NCBI RefSeq assembly: GCF_000009705.1 | Contig: NC_003272.1 | Span: 660,001 to 692,000, forward strand | Origin: Nostoc sp. PCC 7120 = FACHB-418 | GTDB lineage: Bacteria > Cyanobacteriota > Cyanobacteriia > Cyanobacteriales > Nostocaceae | Length of the DNA: 32,000 nt | Direction: 5' to 3' | Shown: positions 8,619 to 17,652 of the stretch, piece by piece | How positions within the stretch are numbered: position 1 is the stretch's first letter | Layout: each line of letters begins with the position of its first letter | The notes under the pieces: model-generated | What the model saw: only the letters and a program-made list of their open reading frames with translations | Databases searched by the model: none | What the model was told of the DNA's origin: nothing | Translations under genes and position numbers: made by a program

Positions 8619-9662
8619 TCAATTAAGTTTTTCGTAAGCAGCCAAGATAATTTTTTCCGTTTGCTCCCAACCGATACAGGGGTCAGTTACAGAAACCCCA
8701 TATTTCAATTCTTCCCGTTTGCAGTTAATGGGTTGATTACCTTCATATAAATTTGATTCCAGCATCATCCCCACAATCGATGTATTACCATCAACTATTT
8801 GTTGTACAACGTTTTCTAAAACATCAGATTGCAACCTGTAATTCTTATTAGTATTACCATGACTACAATCAATGACAATTCTCGGAGGTAACTGAGCCTG
8901 TTTTAATTTTTCTTCTACTTGTTTAACACTTGCAACATCAAAATTAGGTTGATTTCCCCCACGCAAAATCACATGACCGTAAGCATTACCTTTCGTTTCA
9001 AATACACTGACCTGTCCCTCAGGATTAATGCCCAAAAAATTATGAGTCATTCTGGCAGAATGTAAAGCATTTAAAGCTACTTGAATATTACCATCAGTGC
9101 CATTTTTAAAGCCCACGGGCATAGACAGACCACTAGCCATTTCCCTGTGAGTCTGGGATTCTGTTGTGCGTGCGCCGATCGCCGCCCATGTGATCAATTC
9201 ACCAATATATTGGGGTACGATAGGGTCTAGAGCTTCTGTAGCGGTGGGTAGCCCTAACTCTGTTAGCTTGATCAGTAAATCTCTGGCTAGCAATAAACCA
9301 TTTTCCACATGAAAAGAATCATCCATTTCTGGATCATTAATTAATCCTTTCCAGCCTACAGTTGTGCGGGGCTTTTCAAAATACACCCGCATAATCAACA
9401 GTAGTTTATCCTGGACACGTTCAGCTAATTTTTTTAACTTATGGGCGTATTCCAATGCTGCATTAGGGTCATGAATGGAACAAGGCCCAACTACTATAAA
9501 TTTGCGTCTATCTTGAAAATCTAAGATTTTCTCTATTTCACATCTAAACTGTAAAACTATTTCTGCCGCAGTTTCTGTTAACGGTAATTTTTCTTTTACT
9601 GCGTTTGGAGTTAAGAGAACGTGATAATTTTCAATATTTGCGTTAGTTAATTTATTGTGCAT
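8619..9662 (-). CDS. aroG: 3-deoxy-7-phosphoheptulonate (DAHP) synthase, class I
   Basis: Motifs seen are KPRTTVGWKGLINDP, GARTTESQTHRE and IDCSHGN. I place the start at the internal ATG 9662 (MHNKLTN...), because the 29 extra upstream codons of the track ORF (to 9749) look non-native. The isozyme letter is arbitrary. Confidence 0.88.
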   Translation of the reverse strand: MHNKLTNANIENYHVLLTPNAVKEKLPLTETAAEIVLQFRCEIEKILDFQDRRKFIVVGPCSIHDPNAALEYAHKLKKLAERVQDKLLLIMRVYFEKPRTTVGWKGLINDPEMDDSFHVENGLLLARDLLIKLTELGLPTATEALDPIVPQYIGELITWAAIGARTTESQTHREMASGLSMPVGFKNGTDGNIQVALNALHSARMTHNFLGINPEGQVSVFETKGNAYGHVILRGGNQPNFDVASVKQVEEKLKQAQLPPRIVIDCSHGNTNKNYRLQSDVLENVVQQIVDGNTSIVGMMLESNLYEGNQPINCKREELKYGVSVTDPCIGWEQTEKIILAAYEKLN

Positions 9663-9828
9663 GGAGGATTGCTCTGAATTGTCTGGGTAGGATTTTAGGC
9701 AGATTGGGTATACATATTGTAGATGAAATGTACAACACAAATTCATCATTTATGCTAGTAAAGTCAAAAATACTAGACATAATATAATGTCTGCTTAGTT
9801 GCTTATTTCTAGCTCTGTGGGGCAATTG

Positions 9829-10143
9829 CTAGTTATGGAGAAATTTCCGTACTTGATACTCCCCAGATTCCACTAATTCATAATTATCCCCCACAGCTTG
9901 CCTAAACCTTTGTTCAATAGCCTCTAAATCTGCTGCTGGCATGGTTTTCCAGTGTTCTTTAGTTTCCCAACGAATGATGAAAATAACTTCTGTGGATTCT
10001 AGGGGATTAATCCAAACTTCTTTACCCAAAAATCCTGGATACTTGGCCAATGCTGCTGTCCAAATCTCTGCATCCTTTTGGATATAACTCTCTCGCAGGC
10101 TAGCTTCAACTTTAAACCTCAGAAATTCTATAACCACACCCAT
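9829..10143 (-). CDS. small ABM/Dabb-fold-like protein (cyanobacterial conserved hypothetical)
   Basis: 104 aa reading MGVVIEFLRFKVEASLRESYIQKDAEIWTAALAKYPGFLGKEVWINP. It resembles the antibiotic-biosynthesis-monooxygenase-like fold family. The assignment is from memory. Confidence 0.55.
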   Translation of the reverse strand: MGVVIEFLRFKVEASLRESYIQKDAEIWTAALAKYPGFLGKEVWINPLESTEVIFIIRWETKEHWKTMPAADLEAIEQRFRQAVGDNYELVESGEYQVRKFLHN

Positions 10144-10274
10144 TTATCCCTTGTGTTTGCCAATCTGCCAAAATAGAACTGTAGGCTAGAATAACTACGC
10201 TTCCAGCATAGCTTGATTGCATACACTCAGGAGCAAGGGTCGGCTGGTTTGAAATAAGGAATAAGGTAAAGAGT

Positions 10275-10598
10275 ATGGACAGCAACAATTGGTTGCAACA
10301 AATAATGATGCTTGGTATTGGTACAACTTCTTTGGTGGCGGAAAAACTCAAGGAGGTTAGTGATGAATTGGTCAAAGACGGTAAGCTTAATCCAGAGCAA
10401 GCCAAAGCTGTCATGGATGACATTGTACAGCAGTTAAAGACTGAGCAGGGAACATGGGATGCCCAAATGCAACGACAAATGCGAAATATGATGCAGGATT
10501 TAGGCGTGGCGCGTCAGTCGGAAGTGGATGAATTACGGGGGAGAATTGACCGTTTAGAACGTCAAGTGCGCGATTTAGAAAATAAGCTTTGGCGTTAG
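10275..10598 (+). CDS. phasin-like coiled-coil protein (COG3937-like)
   Basis: 107 aa. The helical N-terminal part (LGIGTTSLVAEKLKEVSDELVKDGK) and the C-terminal coiled coil (EVDELRGRIDRLERQVRDLENKL) are typical of phasin-like regulators. Unverified. Confidence 0.55.
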   Translation: MDSNNWLQQIMMLGIGTTSLVAEKLKEVSDELVKDGKLNPEQAKAVMDDIVQQLKTEQGTWDAQMQRQMRNMMQDLGVARQSEVDELRGRIDRLERQVRDLENKLWR

Positions 10599-10631
10599 GA
10601 TGTGCTTCTGATTTAAACTAATTGTGTCCTA

Positions 10632-11204
10632 TTGGTAATTTTCATTGCCAAACTACCTCAGTGGGGAGGGCTAATTTTGAAAGCAATTTTACTCAGCATA
10701 GGTTTGATGCTGGCCTGTGTTGTGGTTTTGGTATTGGCACAAGTGGGGAATAAACAGGACTCTGCTATTGCTGCTAATTTACCTCAAACTCCACTAGCCA
10801 CCATTAGCGTTACTGAAAACAATACTCCAATCAAGAAAAATATCATGTCTGAAGCCTCTAAGCCGCCTGTTACTACCGATTCTGGACTCAAATATGTGGA
10901 AATAGAAGAGGGAACTGGCGCGACTCCTAAAAGTGGACAAACCGTCGTAGTTCACTACACAGGTACTCTAGAAGATGGTACCAAGTTTGATAGCTCACGC
11001 GATCGCAATCGTCCCTTCAGCTTTACCATCGGCGTTGGACAAGTAATTAAAGGTTGGGATGAAGGACTTAGCACTATGAAAGTAGGTGGTCGTCGTCAAT
11101 TAATCATCCCTTCAGAATTGGGTTATGGCGCTCGTGGTGCTGGTGGGGTGATTCCACCTTACGCAACCCTGCTGTTTGATGTGGAATTGTTGGAAGTGAA
11201 GTAG
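10632..11204 (+). CDS. FKBP-type peptidyl-prolyl cis-trans isomerase with N-terminal membrane/signal segment
   Basis: Canonical FKBP core: VVVHYTGTLEDGTKFDSSRDRNRPFSFTIGVGQVIKGWDEGLSTMKVGGRRQLIIPSELGYG...LLFDVELLEV. The TTG start at 10632 is uncertain, and ATG 10707 is possible. Confidence 0.85.
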   Translation: MVIFIAKLPQWGGLILKAILLSIGLMLACVVVLVLAQVGNKQDSAIAANLPQTPLATISVTENNTPIKKNIMSEASKPPVTTDSGLKYVEIEEGTGATPKSGQTVVVHYTGTLEDGTKFDSSRDRNRPFSFTIGVGQVIKGWDEGLSTMKVGGRRQLIIPSELGYGARGAGGVIPPYATLLFDVELLEVK

Positions 11205-11210
11205 GGGAAT

Positions 11211-11272
11211 AGTCCATAGTCAATAGTCCACAGTCAAAGGTAAAAACTCATGACTGTTGACTGTTGACTGTC
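11211..11272. repeat. STRR heptamer repeats forming a long imperfect hairpin between convergent FKBP and dnaB genes
   Basis: The left arm AGTCCATAGTCAATAGTCCACAGTCAA pairs with the right arm TGACTGTTGACTGTTGACTGTC, about 18 of 22 positions including G-U pairs. It probably acts as a bidirectional terminator. Confidence 0.6.
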
Positions 11273-11283
11273 TTAATCATCAT

Positions 11284-13923
11284 TTAATAGCCTGATCTGG
11301 CTAAGTTTTTAAATTTGGTAAACTGTGGGTCAAATAGGAGTTTTACTGTACCTGTTGGGCCGTTGCGGTGTTTCGCTACAATGACTTCTGCCAGGCCGCG
11401 ATCTGGTGTATCACTGTTATAGTAATCGTCACGGTATAACATAATAACTAAATCCGCATCCTGCTCAATGGAGTTGTGAACAACAATGTTATTAGCAATA
11501 AAATTATGTAGCCCAGGAACTGTCAAATCAAACACTTCTTCCTCGCCACTATATTCAATTGAAACTATTTCATCCCAATAAACATCACTCTTGGCAAGAG
11601 TAAGCAATTCACTAGATTGAACAACTTCAGCAACTTTCAAAGCTCTTTCTCGACTCAAATTTGCTTTGTAAAGCGCCAAGCCACAATAAGATGTGCCAAT
11701 GTTTGAATGCAATTCTCTTGTTGTTAATTGCACAGATTGCATTGCAGGTACAACAATTTTTTTCCAAACATCTTTGGGGATTATATCTCTATTAGTATTG
11801 TGAATGCAATTTTCTAGATATTCAAAAATTTGTTGTAGTGAATTTAGTTTGTATTCTCCTACTGCTCCAACCTTTTTAATAAATAAATCAAGGTCAGGCT
11901 TACCAGTTATTTTTACATGATACTGATTTCTCCCCTTCCCCACTTGAGGCACTAGCTTGAGTGTCGCATTAATACCAAGCTTTAACAAAAGAGTTTGTAC
12001 ATCAACAGCTAATCTGTAACTACTAGTTGCATAATATGCAATAGGTCTTGGTTTTTTCCCTCCGACTAATTTAATTGAACCATCTGTACTCCACAGATGT
12101 CTAAGAAAGCAAGATATTAACTCTATTGGTTGTGAGAACAATTCTTGAGGGACAAATTTTTCGTAAGACCTTAAACCAAAAACACCAAGAGAGTCTAGCC
12201 ATTTTGCTACAGGATTTCTGAGATTACGAGTTAAGCGTTGTGTTGCAGACAAATAAACTTGATACCAGCTGCGTTCAGGGGAAATTCTTGGAGTAATTGC
12301 ATCCCCAAAAACTTCTTTTGCTAAGAAAAAAACATTCTCAGCTAAATCTATCTCTCTGGTAGTGTACTGTATGGCATGACGTGGCAATGTACAACCATCA
12401 CCAATTAAATGCCCTAATAATGCCACTTCAGCATAAGTCATGGTTTGTTTATCAAAACTGGGTATATGCCGTGGTAAACATAGATGTTGTCTAATACTTA
12501 ACTCATCTAATCTACGCCAGCCATGAATTGTCAGGAATTTGTGATTAGCTGTAGCACGAATTTTGCACCCCTTACGAGTTGTTAATGTAAATACAGGCTT
12601 TACACCTGTAGAAAAGGCATTGCTGACTATTGCTTTTTCTAATTTTAATGTTGCTTGATTTAAAGCCCAAATAGCAAAACCAGACTTACCGACTAACTCC
12701 CTAATTGGTATCTGTAAACCGCCCGGCGCTAAAGTTACTAAACTATCACCAGTTAGACAACCTGATTCTCTTAAGTCAGACAACATAGGACGCTTGTTGG
12801 TACGCGCTTCTACGCCACGACTCAGCTGAGATAGAGCTATTACAGGTACAGATAATTCTCTAGCTAAACCTTTGAGAGAACGGGTAATTTTAGATAACTC
12901 CTGTACGCGGTTATCTCCGCCTCCTTCCATTAATTGCAGATAATCTATCACTATCAAGCCTAGTTCTACACCCTGTTCGGCTTGTAATCTTCTAGCTTGA
13001 GAGCGCATTTGGGTGACGGTAATATTCGGCGTGTCATCAATAAAAATGGGCATTTCGGACAGCATACTAATCGCCCGGCTTAATGGTTCCCATTGTGTTT
13101 GACTGAGGCGACCACTCCGCAGATAGCCGCTTTCAATTTGGGCTTCACTAGCAAGTAAACGTTGTACCAGTTGCTCTTTGGACATTTCTAAACTGAAAAC
13201 AGCAACAGGTAGCTTCATCGTAGCCGCGATATTATTAGCTAGGTTTAGGCAAAATGCGGTTTTTCCCATTGACGGTCTTCCAGCGACGATGATTAAATCA
13301 GAACGCTGAAATCCACTAGTCATAGCGTCTAAATCATAAAAGCCGCAGGGAATACCAGGCAAGGCAATACCTTGATTGCGCTCCTCAATTTCTTGGAAGT
13401 TGTTAATTAAGGTGTCTGCAATGTGAACTAAACCTGATTGGGGACGTTCTTGAGTAACGCCAAAAACTTTCTGTTCTGCTTGGTCTAGTACTATGGGTAA
13501 TTCTTTTTCTGTCTCGTAACCGAGATGGACAATTTCATTGCCAGCTTTAATTAATTGCCGTCGCAGGTATTTTTCCATCACCAACCCTGCTAAGGCATCG
13601 ATATTCACAGCTGAGACTGTACGGTCTACCAAGGTGGCTAATTTGTTTCTACCACCAATGCGGGTCAGCAACTCATTATCAGTTAGCCAACTTGTGACTG
13701 ACAGCAAATCTGTAGGTTTACCTTGGGCGTGGAGACGCAGCGCAGCTTGATAGATATCTCTGTGGGCGCTAATATAAAAAGCTTCTGTAATAAGGACTTC
13801 GCTTACTCGACCAATCGCTTCTGGATCTAGTAGAATACCCCCCAAAATTGCTTCTTCTGCCTCGATATTTTGGGGTGGGAGGCGATTACTACCGTCGCCT
13901 TGAAAACTCAATTCTTCAGCCAT
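11284..13923 (-). CDS. dnaB: replicative DNA helicase DnaB, intein-containing precursor (879 aa)
   Basis: Has the DnaB N-domain, Walker A GRPSMGKT, Walker B IVIDYLQLM and the C-terminal motif KHRNGPTG. The extein total of 450 aa is interrupted after RESG. Confidence 0.95.
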   Translation of the reverse strand: MAEELSFQGDGSNRLPPQNIEAEEAILGGILLDPEAIGRVSEVLITEAFYISAHRDIYQAALRLHAQGKPTDLLSVTSWLTDNELLTRIGGRNKLATLVDRTVSAVNIDALAGLVMEKYLRRQLIKAGNEIVHLGYETEKELPIVLDQAEQKVFGVTQERPQSGLVHIADTLINNFQEIEERNQGIALPGIPCGFYDLDAMTSGFQRSDLIIVAGRPSMGKTAFCLNLANNIAATMKLPVAVFSLEMSKEQLVQRLLASEAQIESGYLRSGRLSQTQWEPLSRAISMLSEMPIFIDDTPNITVTQMRSQARRLQAEQGVELGLIVIDYLQLMEGGGDNRVQELSKITRSLKGLARELSVPVIALSQLSRGVEARTNKRPMLSDLRESGCLTGDSLVTLAPGGLQIPIRELVGKSGFAIWALNQATLKLEKAIVSNAFSTGVKPVFTLTTRKGCKIRATANHKFLTIHGWRRLDELSIRQHLCLPRHIPSFDKQTMTYAEVALLGHLIGDGCTLPRHAIQYTTREIDLAENVFFLAKEVFGDAITPRISPERSWYQVYLSATQRLTRNLRNPVAKWLDSLGVFGLRSYEKFVPQELFSQPIELISCFLRHLWSTDGSIKLVGGKKPRPIAYYATSSYRLAVDVQTLLLKLGINATLKLVPQVGKGRNQYHVKITGKPDLDLFIKKVGAVGEYKLNSLQQIFEYLENCIHNTNRDIIPKDVWKKIVVPAMQSVQLTTRELHSNIGTSYCGLALYKANLSRERALKVAEVVQSSELLTLAKSDVYWDEIVSIEYSGEEEVFDLTVPGLHNFIANNIVVHNSIEQDADLVIMLYRDDYYNSDTPDRGLAEVIVAKHRNGPTGTVKLLFDPQFTKFKNLARSGY
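11473..12759 (-). mobile_element. DnaB intein (429 aa, residues 389-817) with LAGLIDADG homing-endonuclease domain
   Basis: Splice junctions are RESG|CLTGDSLVTL (TGT at 12759-12757) and NNIVVHN|SIEQDAD (AAC at 11475-11473). Block B is ATANHKFLT. The two LAGLIDADG motifs are LLGHLIGDGC and FLRHLWSTDGS. Confidence 0.92.
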
Positions 13924-13981
13924 AAGGGTGGGGAGTCTCAGGGTGTAGGTTTTTTACACTTTGAGCAGAAAAACCAGGCTT

Positions 13982-14055
13982 GGGGTGTAGGGGTGTAGGG
14001 GTGTAGTAAGTTTAAGTCTCCTCTGCTCCTCTGCTCCCCTGCTCCCCTGCTTCCT
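13982..14055. repeat. two blocks of octamer tandem repeats in the rplI-dnaB spacer
   Basis: GGGGTGTA occurs 3 times (13982-14005). CTCCTCTG x2 plus CTCCCCTG x2 follow at about 14019-14050. Confidence 0.8.
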
Positions 14056-14514
14056 TTAGCTAGCTACAACTTCAATATCAATTTGTGCTGTAACGTCTGA
14101 GAATAGCTTGATTTCGGCTTTGTAAGTACCTAGTTTGCCAATGTCGGGAATAGTAATACCACGGCGGTCTACTTCTTGACTAGTAGCTGCTTGGATAGCA
14201 TCTGCAACATCTTGGCTGGTCACTGTACCAAAAATCGCTTCGTTTTCACCAACTTGCTTGGCAATTTTCAAGCTGCCAACTTTTTCTAAAGACTCTTTCT
14301 GCTCTAATGCTTGTTGTCTGAGTTCTAATTGACGCTGCCGTTCTTGTTCGCGGCGGCGTTCTACTTGCTTGAGAATACCAGGGGTGGCATGAGTTGCCAA
14401 ACTCTGAGGAATTAAATAATTCCGAGCATAACCAGGAGCTACGTCTACTAAGTCGCCGGATCTGCCTAGCTTGCTGACATCCTTAGTTAAAACTAATTGT
14501 ACGCGTTTCACCAT
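14056..14514 (-). CDS. rplI: 50S ribosomal protein L9
   Basis: [40 protein letters not shown] is the canonical L9 N-domain. The length is 152 aa, and the conserved rplI-dnaB order is present. Confidence 0.95.
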   Translation of the reverse strand: MVKRVQLVLTKDVSKLGRSGDLVDVAPGYARNYLIPQSLATHATPGILKQVERRREQERQRQLELRQQALEQKESLEKVGSLKIAKQVGENEAIFGTVTSQDVADAIQAATSQEVDRRGITIPDIGKLGTYKAEIKLFSDVTAQIDIEVVAS

Positions 14515-14710
14515 GTTTTCTATTTTTCCTGTAAAATCTCATTAACTTGGGTTGCAGCAGGAGCGCTCACGTTAGTGTAGCTTTATTCCCAGCATTTCCA
14601 TACCCTAAAGCTTACAGATCCTAGCGAACTGCCGGGGGCGATCGCAACTCTTTACTATAAATTTTTTAGCCGGACTGGGGATTGGGGAAGCAGAGGAGAA
14701 AAACTTTTAA

Positions 14711-14747
14711 CCAATTACCCATTACCAATTACCCATTACCAATTACT
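14711..14747. repeat. heptamer STRR (CCAATTA/CCCATTA alternating)
   Basis: CCAATTACCCATTACCAATTACCCATTACCAATTAC abuts and overlaps the gloB stop codon. Confidence 0.8.
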
Positions 14748-15519
14748 AAAACTTATCCTTTAATCCTCGAATGCGGGCAAAGGTTTGCACGGGGTCATTA
14801 CTATTAACTGCTAACTGTAATGAGGGTTGCTCCCAACGGAGGAAGGGATTGGTCAGCTTTTCTACTCCCAACAACGAAGGGACTGTGGCTATTCCTTGAC
14901 TGCGCTTTGTCTTAACTTCGTCAAGGCGTTTTTGCAATTCGGTGTTCTTACTATCTACACTAAGTGCAAATTGTAAATTTTTTAAAGTGTATTCGTGAGC
15001 GCACCAGACACGGGTATTTTCTGGTAAAGAACGCAGCTTAGTTAAAGATTCCACCATTTGTGCGGGTGTGCCTTCAAATAAACGACCACAACCACCAGCA
15101 AACAGGGTATCGCCACAGAATAATTCTCCTGGTGTATCGTCTGTTTGGGGAGGAAAGTAGTAAGCAATGTGAGCGCGGGTGTGTCCGGGTACAAAGATAA
15201 CTTCAGCTACTCTATCAGCAAATTGCACGCGATCGCCTGGTTGTAAAAATACCTGTTGTCCAGGGATTCTGCCTTGATCCTTAGCGCCACCATAAACTTT
15301 CACTTGGGGAAACTTCTGGATTAATTTCTGGTTGCCACCTACATGATCATTGTGGTGGTGTGTGTTAAAAATTGCCACTAATTCTGCTTTTAGCTGTGCA
15401 AGTTGCTTAAGTACTGGCTCGGCTTCTGCGGGGTCAACAACGGCGGCGATATTTTTGTGGCTGTCGTGTAATAAGAAGATGTAATTGTCTGAAAGTGCTG
15501 CCAAGCGAATCACCTGCAT
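14746..15519 (-). CDS. gloB: hydroxyacylglutathione hydrolase (glyoxalase II)
   Basis: Has the metallo-beta-lactamase HxHxDH motif ([10 protein letters not shown]), plus [12 protein letters not shown] and [16 protein letters not shown]. The length of 257 aa is typical of GloB. Confidence 0.9.
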   Translation of the reverse strand: MQVIRLAALSDNYIFLLHDSHKNIAAVVDPAEAEPVLKQLAQLKAELVAIFNTHHHNDHVGGNQKLIQKFPQVKVYGGAKDQGRIPGQQVFLQPGDRVQFADRVAEVIFVPGHTRAHIAYYFPPQTDDTPGELFCGDTLFAGGCGRLFEGTPAQMVESLTKLRSLPENTRVWCAHEYTLKNLQFALSVDSKNTELQKRLDEVKTKRSQGIATVPSLLGVEKLTNPFLRWEQPSLQLAVNSNDPVQTFARIRGLKDKF

Positions 15520-15942
15520 AATCGTTATCTCCCTAGCCAGTCAATATTTTTAGTCTATTAGCGATCGCCAATTCTGGTCATTAACTTCAGCTTGAGAAAA
15601 GCTATATAAAGTACCAAGATTTTATTTTTGCTGTTTCACTGTCTAGAAACCATGATATTATACAACCGTAATTACACTGGAAATGTATTTAAAAATTACA
15701 AATATACTTATTATTGATCAGTGATAATTCTCTGGGAGGAAGTATAACTGTAAAGTTAGATTAAATGTGTTCTTTTTTGCTCGTAAAATGCCGAAAATCT
15801 ATAAATATACAGATATTAACTTCTATCTTTAACTATAAATTTTATAAGTTTTGATAAAGTTGCAATATTTTCTACGTATCTACTTCCTAGCCAGAGGAGT
15901 AGAGTCTCATTTCTACCTCAGACCACCACGATAGGAGAATAT

Positions 15943-16173
15943 ATGACTACTCACTACAGATACACTTACACCAGTGTTTATCGTCAAACAGAAACTACAG
16001 TTAAGCAAATCGTAGATAGGATCCTCCGTTCTGGCAAAATGAGTCCTCAAGACCATGCTTTGCTAACATCTGCCGTTTTTAATCATCATGATATTGATGA
16101 ACAAGAACGTCGCCAAATTAATCGGATTTTTGACCATATTCAGACAGGGCAATTAAAGCTGATTAACTGGTAG
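15943..16173 (+). CDS. small hypothetical protein (76 aa) with Thr/Tyr-rich N-terminus
   Basis: AGGAG at 15933-15937 lies 5 nt before the ATG. The N-terminus reads MTTHYRYTYTSVYRQTETT, and the helical C-terminal part reads DEQERRQINRIFDHIQTGQLKLI. Confidence 0.6.
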   Translation: MTTHYRYTYTSVYRQTETTVKQIVDRILRSGKMSPQDHALLTSAVFNHHDIDEQERRQINRIFDHIQTGQLKLINW

Positions 16174-16180
16174 TATAAAA

Positions 16181-16196
16181 ATTTATTAGTAGTATC
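16181..16196 (+). promoter_or_regulatory. direct repeat copy 1 (ATTTATTAGTAGTATC) upstream of the glycosyltransferase operon
   Basis: Matches 16299-16314 at 15 of 16 positions. A third GTAGTAT core lies at 16170-16176. Confidence 0.3.
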
Positions 16197-16298
16197 TTCA
16201 TCAGGTGAGGCGATGTTTTCCCATATCATTGTTTTTATGGCTATTGCCCAGCCCACCCTAGATATATTTCAAAAATAAAGCATAAATACCACATCAAG

Positions 16299-16314
16299 AT
16301 TTATCAGTAGTATC
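16299..16314 (+). promoter_or_regulatory. direct repeat copy 2 (ATTTATCAGTAGTATC), 35 nt upstream of the GT4 start
   Basis: Matches 16181-16196 at 15 of 16 positions. Confidence 0.3.
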
Positions 16315-16348
16315 AGGCTTAGTTAAATTATCACAACAAAATTGAATC

Positions 16349-17545
16349 GTGAATCTACAGGCTAACAAATCCAGGCTAAAAGTTTCCATAGTTGTCAGCG
16401 ATTTATCCAGTGCTGGAGCAGGAAGATGGGGAGGCGGTTCTGTACGTTCCTTTCTGTTAGCTCAAGCACTGCAAAGGCTAAACTATCAAGTCGAAATTTT
16501 AGGATTTGTCTTTGGTGAAGCAGCAGTGTTTCCCCAATCAGAAATTCAGATAAATCAATTCATCGGTTATAATTATCCAAAATTTTTAGTTTCAGCCAAT
16601 CAACTCTTAAAAAGAATTGATGGTGATATTATTTATGCAATGCGGCCTAAACCTACAACCTTAGGTCTATCTTTATGGAAAAAAATCAGTACTCGTCAGC
16701 CAGTAATTTTAGATATAGATGATTGGGAACTAGGTTGGCATGGTGGAGAAAACTGGCAATATCGCCCTTCATTAAAACAACTTTATCGAGATATTTTCAA
16801 GCCGGATGGAGCATTACGCAATCCGGATCATCCTTTGTATTTAAAATTTCTAGAAGGAATTGCGCCAAAAGCTAATGTAGTTACGATTCATACTAAATTT
16901 TTACAAGAACGCTTTGGTGGTGTATACATACCTAATGGTAAAGATACGGATTTATTTAATCCTATTAACTACGATGCAGAAGAAAGCCGAGCTTGTTATG
17001 GGTTATCCGACTACAGAATTTTAATGTTTCCTGGCGCACCCAGACCATATAAAGGTGTGGAAGATGTGTTAATGGCGTTAGATATTCTCAATCAGCCTGA
17101 TTTGAGACTAGTGATTGTTGGCGGTAGCCCTTATGATGACTATGATGCTCAACTTAGAGAAAAATGGGGACGTTGGATTATCCAGTTACCAAAATCTCCA
17201 CCAACGGAAATGCCCAAAATTGTGGCAGCTGCTCACATTATCGTTGTTCCCCAAAGGAATACACCAGCAGCTTTGGCACAGTTCCCCTTGAAACTAACAG
17301 ATGGGATGGCGATGGCCAAGCCAATTCTAGCCACAAGAGTGGGGGATATTCCCGAAATCGTTGGAGAAACGGCTTATTTAGTTGAGCCGGCTTGTCCTGA
17401 TGAAATAGCCAGGCAAATTAAGTTGATATTTGCAGATTTGGATGGAGCGAGCGATCGCGGTCGCCAAGCTAGAATAAGATGTATAGAAAAGTACAGTATA
17501 TCGGCTATGGCGACTACCCTACAGTCAGTTATTGCTAATTTGTAA
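16349..17545 (+). CDS. glycosyltransferase, GT-B fold (family 4-like)
   Basis: 398 aa. It starts like a GT4 N-domain (KVSIVVSDLSSAGAGRWGG). The C-terminal domain reads FPGAPRPYKGVEDVL...VIVGG...PLKLTDGMAMAKPILATRVGDIPEIVGE. The start codon is GTG. Confidence 0.8.
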   Translation: MNLQANKSRLKVSIVVSDLSSAGAGRWGGGSVRSFLLAQALQRLNYQVEILGFVFGEAAVFPQSEIQINQFIGYNYPKFLVSANQLLKRIDGDIIYAMRPKPTTLGLSLWKKISTRQPVILDIDDWELGWHGGENWQYRPSLKQLYRDIFKPDGALRNPDHPLYLKFLEGIAPKANVVTIHTKFLQERFGGVYIPNGKDTDLFNPINYDAEESRACYGLSDYRILMFPGAPRPYKGVEDVLMALDILNQPDLRLVIVGGSPYDDYDAQLREKWGRWIIQLPKSPPTEMPKIVAAAHIIVVPQRNTPAALAQFPLKLTDGMAMAKPILATRVGDIPEIVGETAYLVEPACPDEIARQIKLIFADLDGASDRGRQARIRCIEKYSISAMATTLQSVIANL

Positions 17546-17652
17546 GTATAAATAGATAAAAGAGGATAATTGCTAGCAAATATAATGAGAAATTAATGAA
17601 TACCTTGATACTTTATGTTAAAAATGACTCTAGTGTTACCCTCATAAACTAA

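Noticed and set aside
1198-10598. Apparent theme of storage-granule proteins: CHAD for polyphosphate, CphA2/CphB2 for cyanophycin, and a phasin-like protein.
   Set aside because: The genes are on different strands and in separate transcription units, interspersed with unrelated housekeeping genes. Nothing in the sequence links them functionally.
14566-14574. CTCACGTTA 9-mer identical to the IS terminal core, considered as a solo IS end in the gloB-rplI spacer.
   Set aside because: The match does not extend beyond 9 nt, and a 9-mer match on either strand in 32 kb is not improbable by chance.
14711-14747. Tandem short repeats here and at 4070-4138, 11211-11272, 13982-14055 and 30619-30662, considered as CRISPR arrays or other defence-related repeats.
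   Set aside because: The period is 7-8 nt with no spacers and no cas genes. The pattern matches cyanobacterial STRR repeats.
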